38,183 bases of DNA, taken from contig CBDETU010000001.1 in the NCBI GenBank assembly GCA_965242965.1, positions 1 through 38,183 of the forward strand, given 5' to 3'. The notes below the pieces were generated by a model, which saw nothing but the letters and a program-made list of their open reading frames with translations, was not told the origin of the DNA and did no database searches. Of the stretch, positions 16,846 through 25,652 are shown piece by piece (the stretch's first letter is position 1; the number at the start of each line of letters is the position of its first letter). This DNA is from Candidatus Poribacteria bacterium. Lineage in GTDB: Bacteria; Poribacteria; WGA-4E; WGA-3G. The translations under genes and the position numbers were made by a program.

Positions 16846-17271
16846 TTAGGATACGAACTCCATTTCGTGCACGCGTGCGGGTACATCCCCTTCAGGTTCT
16901 TGATAGATACCGCCGGCGATGCCGCGGAGCGATTCGCCGTGGAGCTCCAGCTCAATAATTTGAAAAGCGTTTGCTAGTATCGATATGAGGCTTTCTTCAA
17001 GATTGTGATTGAAAGGAAAGCAGTACCGATGTTCCTCGATGGGCACGGGGGTGTCGAAAACTTCTAATTCCATCACCGTCCGGTCTGTCCATTTCGAGAT
17101 GTCGGGTAATTTTGTCGGCGGGCCTAGCCGATATTCTCCCAACATGATTGCGTAACGCACGCCCTCTTCCGCTTCGTTCTCAACGTAGATAACTTTGTAT
17201 TTTTCGATGAGTTTATCAAGCGTTTTTGAGGGCAACGTTGGATTAAGTAACAGATAAAATGCGGGTTCCAT
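16846..17271 (-). CDS. hypothetical protein
   Basis: Tightly packed between neighbours; ATG directly follows the upstream stop. Confidence 0.6.
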   Translation of the reverse strand: MEPAFYLLLNPTLPSKTLDKLIEKYKVIYVENEAEEGVRYAIMLGEYRLGPPTKLPDISKWTDRTVMELEVFDTPVPIEEHRYCFPFNHNLEESLISILANAFQIIELELHGESLRGIAGGIYQEPEGDVPARVHEMEFVS

Positions 17272-17273
17272 TA

Positions 17274-17687
17274 TCAATCCGGTTGATAAATTGTCAATGC
17301 ACCGTAATAGGTATGATCCATCATCACGTTCGGTGCGGTTAACGTGACGATACCGAATTGTGCTTCGCCGGTGTCGGGTTCAGGTGTATTCGGCGTAATC
17401 TCCCATGTCGGGATGTTCGTCGTCAATGCATTTTGCAATTGCTCGGCATCCGTTTCGTTAATGAACCACTTCAGTTCAAACCGCGTCGATTGCGGTATCC
17501 CGCTGCGATAGATGAACGGCACATCTTTTCGTTCGCCGGCGAGAAGGGTGAGCGGTTCCTGAATATCGATTTGCGGTGGCACCACAGCGGGTTTGGGCGG
17601 TTGCAGAATGAACATGGATGCGATGCGGTTTCGAGATTTTACCAGTAATTTGCGCGTCGCTTCATCTAGCCGATTGACGAGTGCCAT
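17274..17687 (-). CDS. beta-rich (Ig-like) putative virion protein
   Basis: GGAG RBS supports start MALVNRL at 17687; similar to 16447-16830. Confidence 0.6.
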   Translation of the reverse strand: MALVNRLDEATRKLLVKSRNRIASMFILQPPKPAVVPPQIDIQEPLTLLAGERKDVPFIYRSGIPQSTRFELKWFINETDAEQLQNALTTNIPTWEITPNTPEPDTGEAQFGIVTLTAPNVMMDHTYYGALTIYQPD

Positions 17688-17688
17688 G

Positions 17689-17889
17689 TTAGTCTCCGTT
17701 GCCGCGTCGGCTGCCGCCGGATCCGCTGCCCTGCTGATCCGGCGGCGTGTAACTTTCCACGACAATCGTAAAACTGTCGCTGGAGGTTGCCATTAGCCCA
17801 AACCGCAAGACCTGGGTGCCGCGCCGCACACGGGAACGGATGCGTGCCTGTTTTCCAAAAGAGAGTCGGTTCCGCCGCTGGAATTTCAT
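17689..17889 (-). CDS. small basic hypothetical protein
   Basis: 66 aa, fills the gap between two genes with 1-nt spacers on each side. Confidence 0.5.
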   Translation of the reverse strand: MKFQRRNRLSFGKQARIRSRVRRGTQVLRFGLMATSSDSFTIVVESYTPPDQQGSGSGGSRRGNGD

Positions 17890-17890
17890 G

Positions 17891-18778
17891 TTAAACGATA
17901 CGCTGTCCGGGCTGCGCGAAGGGGTGCCTGTCGTGCGGGAGGCGGTAGCTCTGCGCGCGGTTGTTTACCTGTAATTCTGCCCAGATGAGCTCATCGTCGG
18001 CAGCGTTAGGGGTGGCATAGTTACCGAGGACACATTTTGCGATGACCGCGGCGGCCTCATCTGCCGTCGTGTCGGCGGCGGTAAATCCTTTCACCATTCC
18101 TGCGCCGGCTTGCACGAGTCCCTCGCCTGTCACCGGTGCATCCTCGCTGACATCCAGTTTGACAAAGCCGAGTCCGGTCTGTTGCACCCAGCCATACGCC
18201 AGTCCATCCGTGATGTTATCGTCTGTAACATCCACCTGCGCGAAACCGCGCACGTTGTCTGCCAATCCATCACCCAAAAAAACCGCACCGGGAAAGGCGA
18301 GACGGTATCGGGTCGTTGCTACGACTAATGCGGTTTGCCAGTTCCCATCGGTGACGAATCCAACCTGCGGGGTGGCAGTGCTATCTCTGTAAGTCAGCAC
18401 CTGCACCACGATGGTGTCATTATCAATCCGGTCGAGGACGGTGAAGTTTTGTCCTTCGCCTGCCCCGGCGACAATCCCGCCGATGGCGCCGCGCACATCT
18501 CGCTCGGCGTTGCTTTGCACATTAAACTCGCCCGTTGCAATGAGCCGGTTTGTATCTGCAGCCGATGCGGTGGTAATTGCCGTGGCAGCTGTGCCCGCTG
18601 CGCTGCTAATATCGGCGTGTTCTGCATCGCGGACCACCTCGCCGATCTGCACGGCCTCGCGGAACTCAACGTAGGACCAGGTGTTTCCGATGGAGTCGGT
18701 GGCGAGTTCGCCGAGTCGTTGTTGTTGGACGGTGTGCAGTTGTCGTCCTTCTTCAAAGTCGATTAAAACGTCTGCCAT
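17891..18778 (-). CDS. capsid decoration/cement-like protein
   Basis: LGELATDSIGNTWSYV and YGWVQQTG motifs, Ala/Thr/Gly-rich, downstream of the capsid gene. Confidence 0.65.
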   Translation of the reverse strand: MADVLIDFEEGRQLHTVQQQRLGELATDSIGNTWSYVEFREAVQIGEVVRDAEHADISSAAGTAATAITTASAADTNRLIATGEFNVQSNAERDVRGAIGGIVAGAGEGQNFTVLDRIDNDTIVVQVLTYRDSTATPQVGFVTDGNWQTALVVATTRYRLAFPGAVFLGDGLADNVRGFAQVDVTDDNITDGLAYGWVQQTGLGFVKLDVSEDAPVTGEGLVQAGAGMVKGFTAADTTADEAAAVIAKCVLGNYATPNAADDELIWAELQVNNRAQSYRLPHDRHPFAQPGQRIV

Positions 18779-18781
18779 GTG

Positions 18782-19252
18782 TTAAACCTCCCCTCTATAC
18801 CATGGTTGTGCGGCTTGCTTGAGTTCGTCCTGGTCTGGCCAGGAGCCGGTGAATCGGTAGGCGCGGTCATCGATATAGACCTTGGCTGCGGGTTTGACGT
18901 TCGGGAACGCGATTCGTTCGATGAGTCGTCCCTTTTCGAGGAGCGGCTGCCAGAGTTCGTTGTCGATGGGTGCTACCCATGCGTCTTTGGCAGGGTTTCC
19001 GCGAAAGTGTTCGTCATGGAGTGCGAGCCATGTCTTCATGGCGGCTCGTCCTTCCGGTTGCGCGCTTCTTGCGCTGAAGATGGCGCACCGGTAGGTTTCG
19101 AGGTAGCTGTAGAGCATGGGTATCGCGCCGGGCACGGGTGCATCGGGGATAACATCGATGCCTTTCCAACCGGAGCGGTAGCTATGAAGAACGCCGTCGA
19201 AATCAAAGCAGAGATCGCAGAAGACGGTGGCGGTTTCTTGTTGCTTGCGCAT
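18782..19252 (-). CDS. HAD-superfamily phosphatase
   Basis: Motif I FDFDGVLH, motif II IFSAR, motifs III/IV KPAAKVYIDDRA. Confidence 0.85.
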   Translation of the reverse strand: MRKQQETATVFCDLCFDFDGVLHSYRSGWKGIDVIPDAPVPGAIPMLYSYLETYRCAIFSARSAQPEGRAAMKTWLALHDEHFRGNPAKDAWVAPIDNELWQPLLEKGRLIERIAFPNVKPAAKVYIDDRAYRFTGSWPDQDELKQAAQPWYRGEV

Positions 19253-19264
19253 GTCTCTGTCCTA

Positions 19265-20515
19265 TTATGCTGCGGGTCCCACCCTCATGATGCGGATATT
19301 CTTCCAGCGGTAGGCTCCGACATGCGACCAGGTTACTTGTGCCCGGTCTCCGATGGCGCCGGCGTGGTCTGGGAGAATGTCCCAGCCTCGTGGATAGAGT
19401 GGCATCCGGTCATTTCGTCCCATGCGGATTGCGCTTGGCACGATATTTTCCTCGAGGGTGTTATTGTTCATGATGCCCATGATCTGGCGTTGCATGTTAG
19501 ACGGCACCCAGTAAGCCATCTGGAATCCTGCGCCGCGGCGTTGATTATCGGAGAGTTCCGGTCTGCCGACGTGGAGCATGTAGACTTCGTCGCTGGGCGC
19601 GTGGTCATCGATATAAAAGAAGGCGTTGTAGTACTGGATGCAGGTGATGCCCAAGCGGAGCATGTCCCAGCCGATGAGAATGGAGCCGAGGACATCAGTG
19701 CCGGCATTTACAAATTCGGATGCGAAGGAATCCCAGTTGCGTGGATGCACGGGTGCAATCCAGACCCCGCCGACACCTTGCATGTGTTGCAAGGGTTGGC
19801 TGACAATCGCTCTGCTGAGCGTCGCATTCTCAGCATCCCAGACTTGCGGGACATTGACATAGCGGCGGTATTTGTCTCCACCTGAAATCTTATCCAGCTG
19901 GTTGGGTGGATTTTCATACCAGGGATGCACGCCTTCTTGCCATTCGCCGAGTTCGTCGGGGGCGAGGCCGTTCCAGCTGTTTTCAAAATCCATGAGCTGT
20001 TTCAGGGATTCGGGGCGGCGTGCTTCGGGACCGCGGACAGATTCGGGGAGTGCGCGTCCCCAGAGGTCAGCGGATTTCACCATGCCAATCAGGTCTCCTG
20101 CATCGGAGTAGCGTTCCTGTGCGATAGAAAAGAGCGTATCGCGGTCGCGGGCTGCGACGCTGGACATGCTAAATTCTTGTTCCATCACCTGCTCGATTGT
20201 GAACCCAATATTCTGAACGAGTTCAGTTTCGGCAACGGCGACATCGGCTTGATAGAACGCCCAGTCGGTGTAGTTCTTGACGACGCCGCGTTCGACTCCG
20301 TACATGCGCGCCTGATCGAACCCGCCGTAGTGTCGCCCGGTGCCGAGTTCGGTGCCGGTGACGATGGCGATGCCGTCGCCGGCGGGCCCGGATATCATCC
20401 TCGCCATGCTGTCGAGGATTTGACAGGTAGGCGATTGATTGTAGAGATTGTCGCGGAGGTAGGGTTCCCAGAGGTGTTCCCTGACGGCCGCGGTCATTTC
20501 ATTGTGGATTGACAT
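19265..20515 (-). CDS. major capsid protein (HK97 fold)
   Basis: 416 aa; LRDNLYNQSP..L, G..YGGFD, W..YQADVAV...E...N.G pattern of podophage capsid proteins; the only capsid-sized candidate, followed by decoration and adaptor genes. Confidence 0.75.
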   Translation of the reverse strand: MSIHNEMTAAVREHLWEPYLRDNLYNQSPTCQILDSMARMISGPAGDGIAIVTGTELGTGRHYGGFDQARMYGVERGVVKNYTDWAFYQADVAVAETELVQNIGFTIEQVMEQEFSMSSVAARDRDTLFSIAQERYSDAGDLIGMVKSADLWGRALPESVRGPEARRPESLKQLMDFENSWNGLAPDELGEWQEGVHPWYENPPNQLDKISGGDKYRRYVNVPQVWDAENATLSRAIVSQPLQHMQGVGGVWIAPVHPRNWDSFASEFVNAGTDVLGSILIGWDMLRLGITCIQYYNAFFYIDDHAPSDEVYMLHVGRPELSDNQRRGAGFQMAYWVPSNMQRQIMGIMNNNTLEENIVPSAIRMGRNDRMPLYPRGWDILPDHAGAIGDRAQVTWSHVGAYRWKNIRIMRVGPAA

Positions 20516-20520
20516 GAGTT

Positions 20521-20886
20521 CTAGTTCCTCAACGAATCTTTTCCTTTGATTGTTACGTAGACGGTAGGCCGGGTGCGCCCGGAGGCTGGCGGCGGTGCTG
20601 GATTCGTATATTCAACGACAATCCTATCGCCGCGGCTGATAGGCACTTCCAGGTCTGGCGCGAGATAGATATCGGTTTCGCCACTCGGGTCTTCTTCGAG
20701 CAGGACGGTGGCGTAGTTATCACCGTGTTGGCTCTCAAAGACGACCTGGATTCTTTCAGTCCCTACGTCGGCAGTGTTGGGCGCGGGGTCTAAGCGAATC
20801 ATCGCGGCGTACCAGCTGCCCGCGGTTGGCACACTCCATTCCAAATCGACTTCGCCAGTGAAAGTTCCATACGCTGTTTGAATCAT
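20521..20886 (-). CDS. hypothetical beta-rich protein, probably virion-associated
   Basis: 121 aa, GGAG RBS, directly upstream of the capsid gene. Confidence 0.6.
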   Translation of the reverse strand: MIQTAYGTFTGEVDLEWSVPTAGSWYAAMIRLDPAPNTADVGTERIQVVFESQHGDNYATVLLEEDPSGETDIYLAPDLEVPISRGDRIVVEYTNPAPPPASGRTRPTVYVTIKGKDSLRN

Positions 20887-21018
20887 AAGACTCCATGGGC
20901 GCGTGCCGATGATAAACCGGCGCGCGCCACTTTGGTGCGATTAAAGTTAACCCTGTAGTTGCATTAAACAACAAAACAAGTTTCAATCTCGCCCTCGAGC
21001 GGCTTTTCGTAGATTGTA

Positions 21019-21492
21019 TCAATTTCCCGTTTTTTTGTCAAGATAAAAAAATTCATCTTGCGCGGGGAGTGCCCATGCGCCGAGTAGCAGCCCTTCCTCT
21101 TGATGCAATTGCAAGAGGAGGGTCTCGAGGTCTCCGTCACCGCCCTGCGCGAGCAATTCCCACAGCCTGTCAAAGACGTAGACGTTGGTGAGCATGGCTT
21201 GCGGCGATGGTAAACTGGCGAAGGTTTCAAACGGCATCCCGAACAGCCCGGTCTGCCAGGCAATTTCGTAGGTGCCGGGCAGGCTCTCGTAGAGTGCCGT
21301 GCTCGGGATTTTGTCGAGCGCGATAATGAAGGGTGCCCAGCCGAAACGGCCCTGCACGATATCGGCGGTGGCTTTGACGGCGTGAAGGGCGGTATGCCGG
21401 AACGTTACGTCTTCAGAAATGATGACGAGATTCCCGGCGGGTTCATCTATGAGTGGGCGTTCGATAAAGAAGGCTTGCATGTAGCTTGACAT
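21019..21492 (-). CDS. hypothetical protein (possible degenerate GT25-like)
   Basis: Last gene of the glycosyltransferase run; LVIISED and YVF...WELL weakly recall GT25 motifs; AGGAG RBS. Confidence 0.55.
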   Translation of the reverse strand: MSSYMQAFFIERPLIDEPAGNLVIISEDVTFRHTALHAVKATADIVQGRFGWAPFIIALDKIPSTALYESLPGTYEIAWQTGLFGMPFETFASLPSPQAMLTNVYVFDRLWELLAQGGDGDLETLLLQLHQEEGLLLGAWALPAQDEFFYLDKKTGN

Positions 21493-21494
21493 GA

Positions 21495-22490
21495 TTAGCG
21501 ACCGCTCCTGACGATAGCGTGGAACTGTTCTAACACGGCGGCATAAGAAAAGTGCCGCAGCGCGTAATCTAGCACCTCTTTGTTCCGATAGAGCTGTAGG
21601 GCATCGCCGGTGCAGGTCTCGAGCAGCGCATCGGCGAGTTCCTGAATAGTTTGAAATTGATGCACCGGTCTTTCAGTGTTAATGGGGTGCGTCAGCCCCC
21701 AGAGTGTTGCACCGCCGAGGGCGGCTTCTTGCTGATTTTGACAACAGGTATCATGGAACGCCACGTGCACGTGATGCATGCAGGTGTTCGCGTAAAACGC
21801 GACGGTAGCTTGCGGGACATCGCCGAGGAAGATGTCCGTCACTTCGCGCAGTTCGGCTTCGAGTTTGTGGCGATGGAGTTGCGCGGGCTCGGATGTGCTG
21901 TCCCCCCAGGTCTGCGCTGAACCCATATAGACGGTTTCGATGTCCGTCCCTTTGAGCCGATGATAAAGTTCGCCGAGTGCGTTCGTCTGTTTCTGCCAGC
22001 TGATATGACTGGCGGCGTAGATTCGCTTCTGTTTCGGGACAGGGTAAAACACGTGTTCGGGAACGGCATCGCATAAGAGCTGCGAGTTCGGGATACCGGC
22101 GGCTTGGAACAGGCGGCGGAGATAGGTGCAGTTATGCGTTATCCAGTTCGCCGCGGTGACGAGTTTCTGTCTGCGCTTTGCGGGCCAGAGATAGAGTTCC
22201 TGTTCTGAACCGCAGACGAGGATGTTCCGGAACATTCTGTCTAAGAAGGCATCGAGGCGCGCGTCGAGCTCCTCGGCATTGGCATGCCCGAACCACAAGG
22301 GTTCGACGATGACAAAATCGGTTGCTACCGTCTCGAGGTCTGCGGTGCGGTGCACATGATACGCTTGTGAAAGCATCTGTTCCATGCGGGCGTATTTCAC
22401 GCCGAGTCCCCCGCTCGGATTGCGCGGACCGGGGGGCAGTTCGAGTGCGTATCGTGCAGCTTTGTCGGGAACGAGGAGTGTTAATTCCAT
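21495..22490 (-). CDS. GT-B fold glycosyltransferase (GT4-like)
   Basis: N-terminal SGG; FYP, WQK; FLGDVPQATVAFYANTCMHHVHVAFHDTCCQNQQEAALGG fits the GT4 acidic-x7-E donor-binding motif; FSY..V terminal helix. Confidence 0.75.
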   Translation of the reverse strand: MELTLLVPDKAARYALELPPGPRNPSGGLGVKYARMEQMLSQAYHVHRTADLETVATDFVIVEPLWFGHANAEELDARLDAFLDRMFRNILVCGSEQELYLWPAKRRQKLVTAANWITHNCTYLRRLFQAAGIPNSQLLCDAVPEHVFYPVPKQKRIYAASHISWQKQTNALGELYHRLKGTDIETVYMGSAQTWGDSTSEPAQLHRHKLEAELREVTDIFLGDVPQATVAFYANTCMHHVHVAFHDTCCQNQQEAALGGATLWGLTHPINTERPVHQFQTIQELADALLETCTGDALQLYRNKEVLDYALRHFSYAAVLEQFHAIVRSGR

Positions 22491-22494
22491 CTTT

Positions 22495-23259
22495 TTATGT
22501 CTCGTGCAATCCAATTAAATCGCTGCGGATACCGTCGGTGTAGGCGGACAGCTCGAGGACCCAGCGGTTTCCATAGATAGGGCTTAACCCATCCGAGCGC
22601 GGATGGTTGTCTACGACGGAGTAGAGGTTCGGTGGCCGCCAGTCGGCATAAAGCCCGGCGACGGCGCATTCGGTGTTCAGCAGCGGTTCGTGTGCCATAT
22701 AGGCTAAGAGCAGGTTCGCGCCTTTTGGCGAAAACACTATCGCCCAGTCGGAGGCACCCATTGCGCCGATATAAGCATTATCGAGCGGTGAGACATGCAG
22801 CTGCCGCGGCACATCCCATGTCTTTCCGAGTTCGTATTTGTCATCGTAGAAGAGATCATCGCGGGTATGCCAAGCGAGCAGTAAGATATCGGGATTGACG
22901 TTTGCAACGAGCCGATTCAGTTGTTGACAGGGAACGCGCAGCGCGTAGTCATCGAGCCATGCCGCGGCGTGTTCCTTTCCCTCGCCGATTGTTCGCCACA
23001 TCCGCATGCAACTCCATGAGCAGATGAGATGTCCGTAGCCGATGTTGGGCTGCGGCGTTTTCTGGTGAAACCCGAAGAATTCGGGAAATCCGTCTGCGCT
23101 GGCGGCTTCGCAGATTGCGCCGACATCGGGATAATCGTCTTTGTCGCGCGCGACATGGAGCTGTATCTCATCGGGCTGCACGCCTTGTGCGGCCATCGCA
23201 CCGAGCCAGAGGAACTTTCTATCCGGACGCGAGTTGCGATTCACATAGTGATGCATCAT
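22495..23259 (-). CDS. GT25-like glycosyltransferase
   Basis: YVNRNSRPDR, VARD, GHLICSWSCMRMWRTI, AAAWLDD parallel the GT25 motifs YINL..R.DR, AVDG, GE.GC..SH..W..I, ILEDD. Confidence 0.7.
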   Translation of the reverse strand: MMHHYVNRNSRPDRKFLWLGAMAAQGVQPDEIQLHVARDKDDYPDVGAICEAASADGFPEFFGFHQKTPQPNIGYGHLICSWSCMRMWRTIGEGKEHAAAWLDDYALRVPCQQLNRLVANVNPDILLLAWHTRDDLFYDDKYELGKTWDVPRQLHVSPLDNAYIGAMGASDWAIVFSPKGANLLLAYMAHEPLLNTECAVAGLYADWRPPNLYSVVDNHPRSDGLSPIYGNRWVLELSAYTDGIRSDLIGLHET

Positions 23260-23851
23260 CTGAGAGCTCCCAGCCGAACCGCTTAGTGCATTCAGCTAAC
23301 ACTATCGCCGCGGCTTCCGCAACGGTTGTTTCTGTCGTGTCAATCGCAAGCACATGGGGTGCATGCTTGACTCGCTCGCGAAAATAGTCCATCGCTCGAT
23401 AGGCAGCACCGCCGGGGACATAGTTTTCTTTGACAATCGGATACGAACCGCCCTTGCGGTTGGCAATCCGGTCGGGTATCAACTCGACATTGCAGAGCGT
23501 GATGACATGCAAATCCACCGTGAACTCGAAATCCGCACCGCGGTAACTCGGTTCGAGCGGCAGACAGGGATTATCGAGGATGCACACCTCGCCGGCTTCC
23601 ACCACCGGGGAAATCAAATGAAACCACTGCTGGCGATGTAAGATATGACGGAGAGACTGCCGCGCCACCGCATCGATATGCCACGCATCCCGATACCGAA
23701 ACAGCAGGTCGCGCAAATGATTAATGCCAAACCTATCATCGTGCGGCACCCATTGCGTTGGCAACACAGATGCAAGGTGTTCGGATACGGCGCGACTCAC
23801 CGAGCTCTTTCCGGTGCCAGACAGGCCATCAAACGCGAGGATCGTAGCCAT
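23219..23851 (-). CDS. P-loop kinase, thymidylate/NMP-kinase-like
   Basis: ILAFDGLSGTGKSS Walker A; VCILDN at the DR-motif position; lid RIANRK; IDT near the C-terminus; GGAG RBS before 23851. Confidence 0.8.
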   Translation of the reverse strand: MATILAFDGLSGTGKSSVSRAVSEHLASVLPTQWVPHDDRFGINHLRDLLFRYRDAWHIDAVARQSLRHILHRQQWFHLISPVVEAGEVCILDNPCLPLEPSYRGADFEFTVDLHVITLCNVELIPDRIANRKGGSYPIVKENYVPGGAAYRAMDYFRERVKHAPHVLAIDTTETTVAEAAAIVLAECTKRFGWELSDDASLCESQLASG

Positions 23852-24836
23852 GTGCTTTTCTCCATGTCTGCATAAAGTCCATCGCCGCGGCTGCGCTCGT
23901 TCGTCGCGCGAAGGCAGGCACATGAACCAGGTCTTCAAAATATGTCATCCCTGCATCAGAAATTCTTTCCCGCTTTGCCCATTGTAATTCCCGCGCCAGA
24001 ATTGCAAGAACCACCTCATCATTAGGTGTTATTTGACACAGCGATTTAACTAACGCCGACGATTCTTCCCACAATGGCTGCGAGAGTCCATACAGAAAGC
24101 CATGCACGTGTTCAACACCCTCACGCTGCCAATAGCACAGCTCTTCCTCGGCATCTGTCCCTAGCAGGTTTGCTAATGCCTCAAAAAAACCGGGACGCGC
24201 ATGCCGAAAGACACGGCTCATCGCGGTCTGGCGGGGTGTGCCCATCAACAGTTTGGGGCGGCGCAACAGATATTCCTGTTCCTGCCACTCCGACAACAGC
24301 ATCTTACAGGGCTGCCGGGATGCAGTTTGACGTAACCATGCGGAGGCATCGATATGAAGACGACGCTGAAATTTCGCGAGGCCGGGTGCAGCCCACATAT
24401 CAAATTTGATATTCCACCCATCTCGCATATCTTGATAGGACGGTAACGTCACGACATGCGATTCAGGAAAATCGCAATGCTCAGCAAATTCCCGAAAGCC
24501 CTGTAATCCATTTTCGGAAACACCGATGAAGATGGGAACGCCCTCTTGACGGACATCCCAAAAATGCAACATCTGCCGTGTTAAGAAAAGTGCAGCCTTG
24601 CAATAGCCCTCAAACCTTGCAAGCCCATAGTCCGCACCTTCCGCAAAGGCAATAGAGAGACAGAAGGCTAATTCCTCATGGAATGGATAGTCCATCAGCG
24701 GCGCGAGAGATTCTGTTAACAGCGGCATTTCCAAATGGTAGGGACGTGTCCAGTTCGGATAGCTGTCGCACCACTCGGTGTGCTTCGCGTGGATCCAACG
24801 CCCACCTTGTTCAAGCACGTGAGACTCTATATTCAT
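23829..24836 (-). CDS. GT-A fold glycosyltransferase-like protein
   Basis: Start MNIESH with GAGGAGG RBS; K......GLAKFQRRLHIDAS and NDEVV motifs; paralog of 15539-16444. Confidence 0.55.
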   Translation of the reverse strand: MNIESHVLEQGGRWIHAKHTEWCDSYPNWTRPYHLEMPLLTESLAPLMDYPFHEELAFCLSIAFAEGADYGLARFEGYCKAALFLTRQMLHFWDVRQEGVPIFIGVSENGLQGFREFAEHCDFPESHVVTLPSYQDMRDGWNIKFDMWAAPGLAKFQRRLHIDASAWLRQTASRQPCKMLLSEWQEQEYLLRRPKLLMGTPRQTAMSRVFRHARPGFFEALANLLGTDAEEELCYWQREGVEHVHGFLYGLSQPLWEESSALVKSLCQITPNDEVVLAILARELQWAKRERISDAGMTYFEDLVHVPAFARRTSAAAAMDFMQTWRKAHGYDPRV

Positions 24837-24852
24837 CTCGGGGCCTCCTCGT

Positions 24853-25389
24853 TTATTGCGCCGAAGACTCGCAACCCAACTCTTTCGCCAGTTCCCCCGC
24901 GCAGCCCTGCTGCGTCTCATCTAGTGCCGGCGAATCTGCAGACGGTCGCGCACTGTCAAGGCGTTTTATCTCGCGGTCAAAACGCAGTAAGGCTTCCTCG
25001 GCCATATACTCGGCAGTCTGCGCATTCCGCACTTCTGTTGAGCACTGGTGGAAGTTCGTCTCTGCCTCGATACGTTTCGCTCGCGCTTGACTTCTCTGCC
25101 GTAGGAAATAGTCGCGCCCAAGCAGTGGCTCGCGGTGATACGAACGCGCCATAAACTCCGGGTATTGCATATCCATCACGCCCAACGCATGTGCCCGAAG
25201 ATTCCGCACCTCGGCAATACAGTCAATCACCTCGATGGGCGGATTCCCGACAAACACAACCTCTTCATCACCGGCATCGTTCTGGCGGATGGCGGCAGTA
25301 AAGTGCTGCGGCACATCAAATCCCGGACGCGGCACCTCGAAGGTGCGGATTAAATCGACACATTGTGCCGAATATGTATCATGATGCAT
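24853..25389 (-). CDS. hypothetical protein with C-terminal coiled coil
   Basis: 178 aa, GGGAG RBS, first gene after the putative origin. Confidence 0.65.
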   Translation of the reverse strand: MHHDTYSAQCVDLIRTFEVPRPGFDVPQHFTAAIRQNDAGDEEVVFVGNPPIEVIDCIAEVRNLRAHALGVMDMQYPEFMARSYHREPLLGRDYFLRQRSQARAKRIEAETNFHQCSTEVRNAQTAEYMAEEALLRFDREIKRLDSARPSADSPALDETQQGCAGELAKELGCESSAQ

Positions 25390-25587
25390 CGTTTCCTCCC
25401 TGCATTTTAACCTATACGTCTCTTCTTCGGGCCCTCATCCCAGACGGGCCGGGAGATGGAACGGAAAAGAGAATTTAAATCGGACCGCGGGGCCCTAGAT
25501 AATTGCTAGTACTAAGACTGTTACGTGTCAACGGCTCGTCACGGTGCCCTATACCCCATCGCCTCGTGCGCGCTTTTTTGTGGGGGA

Positions 25588-25650
25588 GGGCCCTCACCGA
25601 ACTGGGGTGGGCTCTCACCGAACTGCGGTGGGCACTATCAGGACTGCCGA
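25588..25650. repeat. 21-bp tandem iteron-like repeats (putative origin)
   Basis: GGGCCCTCACCGAACTGGGGT, GGGCTCTCACCGAACTGCGGT and degenerate GGGCACTATCAGGACTGCCGA, immediately after the rep stop; AT-rich patch at about 25465-25525. Confidence 0.7.
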
Positions 25651-25652
25651 AT

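Noticed and set aside
18779-19885. 368-aa plus-strand ORF
   Set aside because: Antisense shadow of the HAD and capsid genes; the other plus-strand ORFs in the track are rejected for the same reason.
23219-23851. ParA partition ATPase
   Set aside because: Walker A lacks the deviant KGGxGK signature; overall pattern fits NMP kinases.
25588-25650. CRISPR array
   Set aside because: Repeats are contiguous with no spacers and there are no cas genes; iterons fit better.
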